Shown here: positions 19,932 through 28,875 of the stretch, piece after piece
How positions within the stretch are numbered: the first letter of the stretch is position 1
Layout: each line of letters starts with the position of its first letter
IMG/VR virus record: IMGVR_UViG_3300042511_000879
Coordinates: 124,001 to 188,000 of that record
Strand: one strand, 5' to 3'
Length of the DNA: 64,000 nt
Program-made: the position numbers and the translations under genes
Notes under the pieces: model-generated
What the model was told of the DNA's origin: nothing
Databases searched by the model: none
The model's input: the letters and a program-made list of their open reading frames with translations, nothing else

Positions 19932-22567
19932 TATTCTAAAATTGATGATATTAGTTCAACCCAAGTTTGATCTGGATTAAAATAGATTGTTGATGTATTA
20001 TCTATATTATGTCCAATAATTCTAACTACATTACCTGAAGCAGTTGGGGCTGTTGCTGTAAATAATCCATCACTGGTAGACATGTATAGGGTTGATCCTG
20101 ATATTGAAGTAGTGTATGATGCTGCATTATATCTAGCATATCCTCTTATTAACATACCAGCTGCTGGATTTGTTCCGAGTGCTATAGCAAGCATTCCTAA
20201 CGAATGCGTAGTTGATGTTGAATTTGTTAATGTCCATGTTAATGATGAATTTAGGTAATATAATGATCCTGGCGTAAATCCTTGAGCACCAGTTCCAAAA
20301 TATGCAATTTCACCAGATGATGCAGGAGCAGCAGCAGGAGGTACATAATTTCCTCCGGTTCCTTGATAGCCTTGATATCCTTGAAAACCTTGAGCACCTT
20401 GGAATCCTTGAGCACCTTGGAAACCTTGAGCACCAGTTCCTTGGGCACCTTGGAAGCCTTGAGCACCTTGGAAGCCTTGAGCACCTTGGAAACCTTGAGC
20501 ACCTTGGAATCCTTGAGCACCAGTTCCTTGAGCACCTTGGAAACCTTGAGCACCAGTTCCTTGAGCACCTTGGAAGCCTTGAGCACCTTGGAATCCTTGA
20601 GCACCTTGGAAACCTTGAGCACCAGTTCCTTGAGCACCTTGGAATCCTTGAGCACCAGTTCCTTGAGCACCTTGGAATCCTTGAGCACCAGTTCCTTGGG
20701 CACCTTGGAATCCTTGGAAACCTCGATCACCTCGATCACCGGCTCTACTAAATGTAACCATTGCTCCTGTTCCTGGTACCATGGTACCAATACCTCCTAT
20801 ATAACTAACAGTTATGTAACCCATATTACTTACGCTAGTAGAAAGTATTTGATAATCTGCGTAATCGGAGGTTCTTCCTAAACGGCTAATTCGTAAATTA
20901 CCTTTAATTGGGTTCGTACTAGTACCCAATGCAGTTACCCAGCTAGTGGAACTTGCACCATCAGCATCAAAATTACTAGTAAAGATAGTTGTTGTAGTTG
21001 CAAATGTAGTGCCATTAAATCCAATACCCCCGGGCGGTGGAGATTGAAAAGTACCATAAAAATTAACAACAAACCTTAAACTATCTCCTCCATAATTTCC
21101 AAAACTTCCTTGTATTCCCTGAAAACCTTGGGCTCCTTGGAATCCTTGATCACCTTGGAAACCTTGGGCTCCTTGTATTCCTTGAGCACCTTGATATCCT
21201 TGATATCCTCGATCTCCAATGTCTCCTGTTCTTTGGAACGTAATATAAGCACGTTGGTCTGGAGGTGCAGTTCCACCAACAGGGCTAGAAATAAATGCAA
21301 TTGGAACGTCGAAATGGTCATTATGTTCAGTATGGTTACCTGTTATATTAAAAAGTGCATAAAGTAGAGGGTCAGTATATGAGGTTATTTTAAACGTACC
21401 TTTAATTTGAGAAGATGAGTCATCAATTGTCTGTAAGAATGATTGGATATCCACTGAGTTATAGTCTAAATATGAAATATACATCATTGTACCAAATTCA
21501 TTGATTCTTACATGTCCTGCAGTCAAATTTGTAGGATCAGTTGTAATATCATCATAATAAAACTCAAACGTTGCTCCACCAAAAGATCCTGGTTCACCTT
21601 GGTCTCCTTGTGTTCCTTGAAATCCTTGTACACCTTGTGCACCTTGAAATCCTTGAAATCCTCGAGGACCTGTTTTTGCATATGATACTATAAGTTCAGT
21701 ACCTACAGGCCAAGTTGTTCCAATAGCAGATACAGTTCCTCCAACGTATGATAATTCAATAGTACTATAAGTTCCAGTGCTTCCACCAGTTATTGTATAG
21801 TCTAAATATTCAGTTGTTCTGCCTGGTTTGGTAATTCTTAAACTTCCTCCAAGTGCAATCATTGAAGTAAACCATGCAGTTGCATTTGCATTATCATCAT
21901 CCGTATTGCTTGCAATAATAGTAAGAGTTGGGCTAGGAAGTGTTGTTGTATTACTAAATGTAATTGCTCCAAATCCCGCAGTAACTCCATTATAACTTCC
22001 TACTAAAAATCTTAAACTATCTCCACCATAATTTCCTACTGATCCTACAGATCCTTGATGTCCTTGTCTACCTTGAAAACCTTGATAACCTTGATAACCT
22101 TGGGCTCCAGGAGTTCCAGGGCTTCCAGGTGTACCTACAGCTGAAGCTCCTTGTGTTCCTTGAAAACCTTGCGTTCCTTGTCGACCTTGAGCACCTTGAA
22201 AACCTTGGAAACCTTGTCTACCTTGAGCTCCTTGTCGACCTTGAAATCCTTGGTCTCCTGTAGTTGTAGCAACTGCAGTAGGTACCCATACCCTGTCGCC
22301 AACGAGTGCTCCAGCTAGGATTAAAGCAGTATCACCCGAGGTTACAATATATAATTTAAGTACCTTTTCAACATCATTATCAATATCGATAGTTCCATCA
22401 TTATTAGTTCCCATTACTCTGAATCCATGAATAACTTGTCCAATTAAGTCCAAGTTGTAATCCATTTCTGGGTGAAATAAGGCTCTTCCAAGTTCTCCTG
22501 GATATAAAGGGTTATATTTACCCAATGGTCCTCGTTCTTCAGAATTTTGTAAATTATCTTGTGGCAT
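19931..22567 (-). CDS. Second collagen-like (Gly-X-Gln) fibre protein, 878 aa
   Basis: GxQ blocks including GAQGTGAQ variants, separated by GGDSLRF/GGATFEF domains; TATAAATA twice upstream (22574-22587). Confidence 0.8.
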   Translation of the reverse strand: MPQDNLQNSEERGPLGKYNPLYPGELGRALFHPEMDYNLDLIGQVIHGFRVMGTNNDGTIDIDNDVEKVLKLYIVTSGDTALILAGALVGDRVWVPTAVATTTGDQGFQGRQGAQGRQGFQGFQGAQGRQGTQGFQGTQGASAVGTPGSPGTPGAQGYQGYQGFQGRQGHQGSVGSVGNYGGDSLRFLVGSYNGVTAGFGAITFSNTTTLPSPTLTIIASNTDDDNANATAWFTSMIALGGSLRITKPGRTTEYLDYTITGGSTGTYSTIELSYVGGTVSAIGTTWPVGTELIVSYAKTGPRGFQGFQGAQGVQGFQGTQGDQGEPGSFGGATFEFYYDDITTDPTNLTAGHVRINEFGTMMYISYLDYNSVDIQSFLQTIDDSSSQIKGTFKITSYTDPLLYALFNITGNHTEHNDHFDVPIAFISSPVGGTAPPDQRAYITFQRTGDIGDRGYQGYQGAQGIQGAQGFQGDQGFQGAQGFQGIQGSFGNYGGDSLRFVVNFYGTFQSPPPGGIGFNGTTFATTTTIFTSNFDADGASSTSWVTALGTSTNPIKGNLRISRLGRTSDYADYQILSTSVSNMGYITVSYIGGIGTMVPGTGAMVTFSRAGDRGDRGFQGFQGAQGTGAQGFQGAQGTGAQGFQGAQGTGAQGFQGAQGFQGAQGFQGAQGTGAQGFQGAQGTGAQGFQGAQGFQGAQGFQGAQGFQGAQGTGAQGFQGAQGFQGAQGFQGYQGYQGTGGNYVPPAAAPASSGEIAYFGTGAQGFTPGSLYYLNSSLTWTLTNSTSTTHSLGMLAIALGTNPAAGMLIRGYARYNAASYTTSISGSTLYMSTSDGLFTATAPTASGNVVRIIGHNIDNTSTIYFNPDQTWVELISSILE

Positions 22568-22572
22568 ACGTT

Positions 22573-23082
22573 TTATTTATATTTATAGTATAGTTTCTTT
22601 AATTTTTCTACAGAATCTTGAAAATAGATTGAAATATATCCGCATTCAATATAGTTATATTGCAGTAAAATATATTCATTAAGTTTAAAACTATCAAAAA
22701 GTTCTTTAACTTCTATCATGTCAATTAAATATCCTTTATTTAGGTTTAAAATTGAAATTTTATTAACATTTGAAGTTTTTGTTACAAATTCTTCTCCTGA
22801 ATTATAGACTAAATTTTTATCTGTATCATTTTTATCAAAACTAAATGATTTTAATTCAAAAAGATTAAGTGACTTACAATCCAGATTTTCAAATCCTGAA
22901 GGACTTGCCCATCGCTCAATAAATGCTATTAGAACATCAATGTTCTCAAATTTAACAGTTTTAGTAATGTTGGTATGATGTTCCCTCATAGAAAAAAGCA
23001 TGTTAAAAACTGGACCTTCATTCTGTTGAATTTGGTCTAAGTATTTTAGGGCAATATTGAGAGATATTCTGTCAAGTATCAT
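22573..23082 (-). CDS. Hypothetical protein
   Basis: 169 aa ORF, tightly packed. Confidence 0.6.
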   Translation of the reverse strand: MILDRISLNIALKYLDQIQQNEGPVFNMLFSMREHHTNITKTVKFENIDVLIAFIERWASPSGFENLDCKSLNLFELKSFSFDKNDTDKNLVYNSGEEFVTKTSNVNKISILNLNKGYLIDMIEVKELFDSFKLNEYILLQYNYIECGYISIYFQDSVEKLKKLYYKYK

Positions 23083-23475
23083 TTATACGAAATATTTTCT
23101 CATTAGAAATGTAACTATTGCTCCACTTGCTGTTAATAAGGCAATAAGTACTTTAACAACTCCATTTTTCCATCTGACAAGAGATTTATGTTCTTCAATT
23201 AATTTATCACGCTCAACCTTCCATTCCTCTTGTTCTTGTCTAAATTCTGAATTCTTTTTATTTTCTACAATCACACCATCAAAGGGATTCAGGAGTTGTT
23301 TTTTCAATCCTCTAATCTCTTCTTTCATTTCATTTTGATTCTCCATCAATTTTTCTAATGTGTTCTCTATTTGAATATAATTAGGGTCTTCAATTCGTCT
23401 TTTGAATGAAGAAAATAAATCATACAGTTCAAGAATCATTTCTTGTGGGCTTTGGTCTTGCTTCATATACAGCAT
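23083..23475 (-). CDS. Coiled-coil protein with C-terminal transmembrane helix (holin/XhlA-like candidate)
   Basis: Heptad-rich body followed by VVKVLIALLTASGAIVTFLMRK. Confidence 0.5.
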   Translation of the reverse strand: MLYMKQDQSPQEMILELYDLFSSFKRRIEDPNYIQIENTLEKLMENQNEMKEEIRGLKKQLLNPFDGVIVENKKNSEFRQEQEEWKVERDKLIEEHKSLVRWKNGVVKVLIALLTASGAIVTFLMRKYFV

Positions 23476-23522
23476 TGGGTCTTTTTAGTCTATAATATAT
23501 ATCAAACTAAAAAGACCCAATG
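23473..23522 (-). promoter_or_regulatory. 17-bp hairpin masking the start codon, with a late promoter motif in the loop
   Basis: CATTGGGTCTTTTTAGT (23473-23489) pairs with ACTAAAAAGACCCAATG (23506-23522); GATATATA at 23496-23503. Confidence 0.7.
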
Positions 23523-23547
23523 TGGGTTTTACTATGTATTTATAGGA

Positions 23548-24018
23548 TTATTTATATAACTTTGCAGTAAAGTTACGGGCTCCTCTTGGAAGATTCTCGC
23601 CGTGAGGTCCTTTTGCTTTATAATCTTGTAGTAATTTAATGGCCTCTTCAGGTGATGTTGCTTCAACTTCCCAATCCCATTCCATTCCATTCGTATCATC
23701 GAAAAATACTGTGTAAATACTTTTCTTTGCTTCATCTATTCCAGAGCCAATTTCAGGAGTTCCATAGTGTGCAATCCATTCTTCTCTAGTCATGTTAGCA
23801 GCTTGAGCCTGCATTCCTAAGAAATCATATTCATGCATAATTGTTTCAGATTCTGTAACTTTATCATAAAGTTCAGTATCTCCATTCCATTTCCAATCAG
23901 CAGCATCAAAATCTTTAAGTTTCTTAGCTTTTTGATATTCTGAAGACGATAAATGGTCAGCATTAAGATTTATAGCACCTTCGCCAATAAACTCTTCGAA
24001 TAATTTTACTTTTTTCAT
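23548..24018 (-). CDS. Capsid-targeting-peptide protein (array gene 7)
   Basis: MKKVKLFEEFIGE|G; internal VTE|S and IDE|A. Confidence 0.65.
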   Translation of the reverse strand: MKKVKLFEEFIGEGAINLNADHLSSSEYQKAKKLKDFDAADWKWNGDTELYDKVTESETIMHEYDFLGMQAQAANMTREEWIAHYGTPEIGSGIDEAKKSIYTVFFDDTNGMEWDWEVEATSPEEAIKLLQDYKAKGPHGENLPRGARNFTAKLYK

Positions 24019-24025
24019 ATCTTTA

Positions 24026-24832
24026 TTAATTTTTTGGCCAGATCATTAGAGTTCCTGGATCGTTCCATTCTAACCACCAACCTGTTTTTTCAACTGTTGT
24101 TCTAAACTGTTTTAGTACTCCATTAGCATATTTTGATGAGTTGCTATAGTAATCAAAAATTGGATTACCTCCAAGTTCTTCTCCATTATCACCTGCGATC
24201 CAAATTCCTTCAGTTTGTCCGTTGAATTCTTCAGAAGTTCGGACAGTTCTAAGTTTGTATTTAGTTTCTAATAGGTTCATCAATTCGTCTCTAGTAGAAT
24301 CTTTTGCCTCATTCATAAATGATTCTGTAAGATTACCATCCTTGTCTATGGCATCTGAATAAAGATATTCTCCTTTGCCATTGTAAGTAACTGTTTTTGC
24401 TACATATTCTTTTGTCTCAGGATTCCAATAATGAGTTTTACCACCAGGTTCTGTCATTTTTTTCAGGACTCCATTTCTAGCATTACTAATTAGTGTTGCA
24501 TTAACCTTTGCAGTTAAGGTGTCGTGATTTGTTAATTTATCTTGGGAGGCTGCTGCTAAGGCTTCATTAGTAACTGATTCATTCCAAACAACCTGTCCTC
24601 CAGCATCTTCAATATGAAACTTGGCTCTTGGAAATTCTTTTTTAAGGGCTTCATATTTTGCAGGGATCAAGTCTTGAATTTTAATATTGTTCGACTGTCC
24701 AACTACTTTATTATACTCAATGGCTACAATCGACCATGGTCCACCATCTCCGGCTCTAACGCCTTTCATCATTTTACCCCAAGAAGTTGTGGCTTCTGCG
24801 ATATATTGTTCAAATAATTTTACTTTTTTCAT
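24026..24832 (-). CDS. Capsid-targeting-peptide protein (array gene 6)
   Basis: MKKVKLFEQYIAE|A; internal WNE|SVTNE|A and LTE|SFMNE|A. Confidence 0.65.
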   Translation of the reverse strand: MKKVKLFEQYIAEATTSWGKMMKGVRAGDGGPWSIVAIEYNKVVGQSNNIKIQDLIPAKYEALKKEFPRAKFHIEDAGGQVVWNESVTNEALAAASQDKLTNHDTLTAKVNATLISNARNGVLKKMTEPGGKTHYWNPETKEYVAKTVTYNGKGEYLYSDAIDKDGNLTESFMNEAKDSTRDELMNLLETKYKLRTVRTSEEFNGQTEGIWIAGDNGEELGGNPIFDYYSNSSKYANGVLKQFRTTVEKTGWWLEWNDPGTLMIWPKN

Positions 24833-25194
24833 AGTGAATAAAAAGGTCCTTTGTTTATTTTTTTAAGATATGTCATTTCAGAGTCAGTCAATTTAGATGC
24901 AATTAACTTTTGCCATTGTCCTCTTTGTTTTGTACGAGGTAGTAATAAAAATTGTTTAATGTCCTCATCACTTTCTAGACGTGAAACAATTTTAGTAACG
25001 GCAGCATCCGATTTCCATTTTTTATATTGGTCTTTCCAAGACGTTGAGTTTTGAAAGTCTTGTCCTGCGTCAGTTCCTAACCACATTGCAAAAATCCATG
25101 GAGAAAACCATGTAAGTCCCCAAGCAACTGGTAAAAGAGTATCTATTAGATTAGCCTCGTTAACAAATTCTTCGTATAGTTTTACATGTTTCAT
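24829..25194 (-). CDS. Capsid-targeting-peptide protein (array gene 5)
   Basis: MKHVKLYEEFVNE|A; start placed at the second ATG (ATGA overlap); hydrophobic segment follows. Confidence 0.65.
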   Translation of the reverse strand: MKHVKLYEEFVNEANLIDTLLPVAWGLTWFSPWIFAMWLGTDAGQDFQNSTSWKDQYKKWKSDAAVTKIVSRLESDEDIKQFLLLPRTKQRGQWQKLIASKLTDSEMTYLKKINKGPFYSL

Positions 25195-25958
25195 TTCCAT
25201 TTTAAGTTTAATTCATCAGTCATTGCATCCATTAAATCATTAAATTTAGACGGATCTTTCATTACTGCTTTTATCTTAGTTTTTATCTCATCATCAGATA
25301 GTTTCAAATTTCTTACCCAACCTTTAGCATCAGCTAGATTCATTGGGTCTTTAAAGAAATCTTTTATATTGGTAGATTCGTTAACTGTAGATTCATGAAC
25401 ACCTGGTCCATTTTCTATTTTCTCTAATGAAACCCAATATACTTTATCATTTCCGTAATTGTCTACAAAACTGGATTCTACGCCTGTCCATCTTTTAATA
25501 AATTTACCTAAACCTGATTGAGGTCCTCCGTATTTATCGTCTTTTACTTTAACCATTAAATATTCCTCATTACTTGAGGGTCTCTTTGATGGGGCCTTAA
25601 ACTCTACAACATTGAATTGTTTTCTGATTAAAGTTTCCAGTTTTTTAATATCGCTATCAATTCCATTATTAGATTCCTTAATTGGAATTTCCGGCATGTA
25701 TTTATATTTTTGGTATTGATTGTTTGAAAGCTCTGTAGCCTTAATGTACTTTTCTAACTGATCGACTGTATTAAATATACGTCCACCTGCATCAATATCA
25801 TAACCTTTGTAGTATTGGTTATATTTGGCAGCAAGTTTTCCACCATTCATTTTCTCCCATTCTTTCTTAAAAAGAATTTGGTCGTTTCCAACAATTTCAT
25901 TTGGAAATACATCCTTACCTTCAGTAATGTACTGCTCGAATAATTTTACTTTTTTCAT
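25191..25958 (-). CDS. Capsid-targeting-peptide protein (array gene 4)
   Basis: MKKVKLFEQYITE|G; internal IKE|S and VHE|STVNE|S. Confidence 0.65.
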   Translation of the reverse strand: MKKVKLFEQYITEGKDVFPNEIVGNDQILFKKEWEKMNGGKLAAKYNQYYKGYDIDAGGRIFNTVDQLEKYIKATELSNNQYQKYKYMPEIPIKESNNGIDSDIKKLETLIRKQFNVVEFKAPSKRPSSNEEYLMVKVKDDKYGGPQSGLGKFIKRWTGVESSFVDNYGNDKVYWVSLEKIENGPGVHESTVNESTNIKDFFKDPMNLADAKGWVRNLKLSDDEIKTKIKAVMKDPSKFNDLMDAMTDELNLKWK

Positions 25959-25967
25959 ACTAATGAA

Positions 25968-26342
25968 TTATACTCGAGAAACCCAAGTATATATGTTTTT
26001 GTTAGGAACTCCTAATAGAGTATCTCGAACTTCCATTCTAATTAAATAATCTTTATCTGTTTTACCATCAATAAACTTACAAGTGATTACATCACCGGTT
26101 TTAGCTTTTGATAGGTCCAAAGATGCAATGTCTCTAACACTGAATCCTGCTGATTCAGGTGATTTACCTTTCTCCCAGAAACTAACTAATGCCTGTGCCG
26201 CTTTAGTTGAATCATTATTTGCTTTTACAGTATTGTTTGAACCAATACTTGGTATGGTAACTTCTTCCCAGTAGGTTGCACCACTCATTTTCTCTTTTTT
26301 TGATTCATTTACAAATCCTTCGAATGTAGATATGTGTTTCAT
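25968..26342 (-). CDS. Capsid-targeting-peptide protein (array gene 3)
   Basis: MKHISTFEGFVNE|S; start reassigned to the internal ATG just after the upstream stop. Confidence 0.6.
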   Translation of the reverse strand: MKHISTFEGFVNESKKEKMSGATYWEEVTIPSIGSNNTVKANNDSTKAAQALVSFWEKGKSPESAGFSVRDIASLDLSKAKTGDVITCKFIDGKTDKDYLIRMEVRDTLLGVPNKNIYTWVSRV

Positions 26343-26343
26343 A

Positions 26344-26814
26344 TTATTGTACTTGTATATTTGTTCTAATTGATAATCCTGAATAACCATTCCAGATTCC
26401 AATGTTAAAGTCTGGTATAATTTTTTCAATTTTCTTTAAATTACCAATATGTATTGCGGTCATTGGTAATTCTATAAACCAAACTCCATAATTTGTAGTT
26501 GCAGTTAATTGATATTTTTTCATACCAATTCCAATAAGACTATCAATTATCTTTTGAACCTCTTCTGGATATACTTCAGACTTTGCCTCGTTTGTAAGAC
26601 TTTCATTTTCATTCCAAATAGTTTGTAACCAAGCCTCTAAACTTTTGAGTTCTTTAACTGACTTTGGTTTGCCATATTCGTCCATAAAAGCCTTTCTGAA
26701 TCCCGTGAAAGAATCTGCCTCTTGAGCCATGATATGAATATCTCCAATACTGGATTCATAAATAAAGGATTGAGACTCTCCTAAGAACTCGTTAAATAGT
26801 TGCATATGTTTCAT
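26344..26814 (-). CDS. Capsid-targeting-peptide protein (array gene 2)
   Basis: MKHMQLFNEFLGE|S; internal IYE|S and ENE|SLTNE|A. Confidence 0.65.
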   Translation of the reverse strand: MKHMQLFNEFLGESQSFIYESSIGDIHIMAQEADSFTGFRKAFMDEYGKPKSVKELKSLEAWLQTIWNENESLTNEAKSEVYPEEVQKIIDSLIGIGMKKYQLTATTNYGVWFIELPMTAIHIGNLKKIEKIIPDFNIGIWNGYSGLSIRTNIQVQ

Positions 26815-26816
26815 GA

Positions 26817-27503
26817 TTATTCTATTGATGTTACATCTTTTTCTAAGTTTTCAGTTGAAAACTCGATAGGTAATGAAACGTAACTCTTTTTAGTATCGCC
26901 ATAAGGGGCTGCAAAAATCTTTCCGGAAGAGATTCCAGAAGTTTTAGTAACTTTCCATGTTTCACCATCTTTAAAGTTTAGAATAGTACCAACTTTAATG
27001 TCTTTAACATTGATTCCTTCGCTAACTTCTGATTCATTAACTTCAAATCCATCTGATTGGATTGCTTTCTTAGCCTTACGCAATTCAACTGCATTTTTGG
27101 CTTTAACCATCATCTCTTCAGAATCTATTCCAGGCTCTGCAATCGCATCAACTCCAGCATCATGTAAAATGTTTTGAACGTATTCTACGTCATCCTCATC
27201 GGTATTGTAATTAAAAGAGAATGAATATTCTTTAGCTTCATTTAAGTTTCTTTCAAAGATTAAACCCGGGTCTTGTAATGCACTACTACCAGAAATATTT
27301 TTGGCAATAGCCATAATAACATCTTCATATCTTTTTTTAGTTAATGATTCGCTATGTTCTGTATTTAATACAGGTGCAATCTGTTTAACTAATTTATCTA
27401 TTAAAGATGTATCAATTTTAGACTTCCTTGAATTAATACTTTTATTAGAAACTGATATCATAGCTTCATTTAAGAATTCTTCGAATAATTGTGTATATTT
27501 CAT
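26817..27503 (-). CDS. Capsid-targeting-peptide protein (array gene 1)
   Basis: MKYTQLFEEFLNE|A; internal LNE|A and VNE|SEVSE|G; GATATATAA upstream at 27527-27535. Confidence 0.65.
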   Translation of the reverse strand: MKYTQLFEEFLNEAMISVSNKSINSRKSKIDTSLIDKLVKQIAPVLNTEHSESLTKKRYEDVIMAIAKNISGSSALQDPGLIFERNLNEAKEYSFSFNYNTDEDDVEYVQNILHDAGVDAIAEPGIDSEEMMVKAKNAVELRKAKKAIQSDGFEVNESEVSEGINVKDIKVGTILNFKDGETWKVTKTSGISSGKIFAAPYGDTKKSYVSLPIEFSTENLEKDVTSIE

Positions 27504-27526
27504 ATTATTAATATATTATATTTTGT

Positions 27527-27982
27527 TTATATATCAAGATTTTCAAGATAGTTTATAATCTCGGTCCAATCCTCAAATCCTGGTTGTCCAAACTGAATCC
27601 ATTCTCCACGGAATTCGGCAGCGCCATTATTTGGACGGTCGTCGATTAAGAAATCACCAATACAAAGGTCTTTACGATGTGAGATAATTAACCTCTTGTG
27701 CGCATATTTACCAAGATTCTTTTGTACCCATCTTCTTTTAGATGAGAAACTTGTTGGATTGCTCCAAGGTGCAGTTGTTAGGAAATAGATGTCAAATTTA
27801 TCCCATAGGTATTTGACTGCTTCAATAGCACCTGGAATAGGTTCTGGTTCTTCAAAAAGTTCTTTGTCAATTGAAGTTAACCTCCCAAGTTTTTCAACGG
27901 CATTGGGTCCATGTCTCTTGATTGCATGACTCTCTAAGTCTACCATTACTCCATCAAGGTCAATATAAAGTATTTTTTTCAT
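27527..27982 (-). CDS. 5'(3')-deoxyribonucleotidase (NT5C, HAD family)
   Basis: IDLDGVM, P.PGAIEA, FLTTAPW.N...K..WV, GDFLIDD motifs. Confidence 0.9.
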   Translation of the reverse strand: MKKILYIDLDGVMVDLESHAIKRHGPNAVEKLGRLTSIDKELFEEPEPIPGAIEAVKYLWDKFDIYFLTTAPWSNPTSFSSKRRWVQKNLGKYAHKRLIISHRKDLCIGDFLIDDRPNNGAAEFRGEWIQFGQPGFEDWTEIINYLENLDI

Positions 27983-27998
27983 AGTGTTTTAATTATAA

Positions 27999-28040
27999 TG
28001 TAAATATAAACAAAAAACCTGACACGGTAAAATGTCAGGT
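27999..28040 (-). promoter_or_regulatory. Early-type promoter cassette 1, with terminator-like hairpin
   Basis: TTTTACCG-N16-TATATTTACA; the upstream box lies in the loop of ACCTGACA/TGTCAGGT followed by a T tract. Confidence 0.75.
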
Positions 28041-28060
28041 TAATTATTTTTGTTAAAGTT

Positions 28061-28303
28061 TTAATATTTATCGTTACGTCTTCTTTCGTCTCTTTTATAC
28101 AATCTTCGAAAAACCATAGATAGCCCAAAGAATGATCCCGCAATACAATACAAAGCGAAATTCGCCCATAGCAAACTTCCAGTCATCCCTATCAGCCAAT
28201 ATTGGACGGCGTCGAACCCCAAAGGGTTGAAAAACAGGGCTAACATCATGCACCATGTCGCCAGGTTTGATTTGGTTATTTTTATTTTTTGTATAAGTTT
28301 CAC
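28061..28303 (-). CDS. Small membrane protein
   Basis: Two hydrophobic segments; preferred over the overlapping 28095-28316 frame. Confidence 0.5.
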   Translation of the reverse strand: MKLIQKIKITKSNLATWCMMLALFFNPLGFDAVQYWLIGMTGSLLWANFALYCIAGSFFGLSMVFRRLYKRDERRRNDKY

Positions 28304-28345
28304 TATCGGGGTCCATAATTATTAATTTAGTTAAAATACTGAATA

Positions 28346-28840
28346 TTAAACGAAATATATTTCTTCGAAGTGAAGAACATCAAGTTTATTATTAACATTA
28401 ATTAATTCTAATGCATTAATTAAGTCAGAATATTCAATAACAGAATCTGTTTGAATTTGTCTAAAACCTTGTAAGAAATCAAAGGTTGCCAAATCAATTG
28501 CAAAAATTGATTGAGAATCTTTCATATATTTATTAAAAAGGTCCAGTTCTAATTGGTAAGCTTTTTCAACAATATCAACTAGACTTGTAAATTTAAAATT
28601 AGGTTCAACCTTTGGTAAGGCAGGAACACAATTCCAATCTACTAAATACTTTTGTAATTTTTGAGCATGTTCTAATTCTGATGCAGTTTCACCAGCAAAG
28701 AAAGCTGTTGCATTTTTGTAGTTTTTATCAGCACACCAGTTGTGAGCAGCGTTGTAAAAATAATGTGCAGTGTACTCATCACCAATTCGGGCATTAAGAG
28801 TATTTACTACCACGTCACTAAGAGTCATTGGATTTACCAT
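28346..28840 (-). CDS. ftnA: Ferritin
   Basis: LN.RI.DEY.A..FY..A..WC; A..FF..E...E..HA..L..YL; F.QIQ..S..E ferroxidase-type pattern. Confidence 0.85.
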   Translation of the reverse strand: MVNPMTLSDVVVNTLNARIGDEYTAHYFYNAAHNWCADKNYKNATAFFAGETASELEHAQKLQKYLVDWNCVPALPKVEPNFKFTSLVDIVEKAYQLELDLFNKYMKDSQSIFAIDLATFDFLQGFRQIQTDSVIEYSDLINALELINVNNKLDVLHFEEIYFV

Positions 28841-28875
28841 AAAATTTATTATATTTTTTATAGGTTATATATCCA

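Noticed and set aside
28095-28316. Alternative overlapping ORF MDPDSETY...
   Set aside because: Overlaps the more plausible two-helix membrane ORF 28061-28303; only one is likely real and the choice is uncertain
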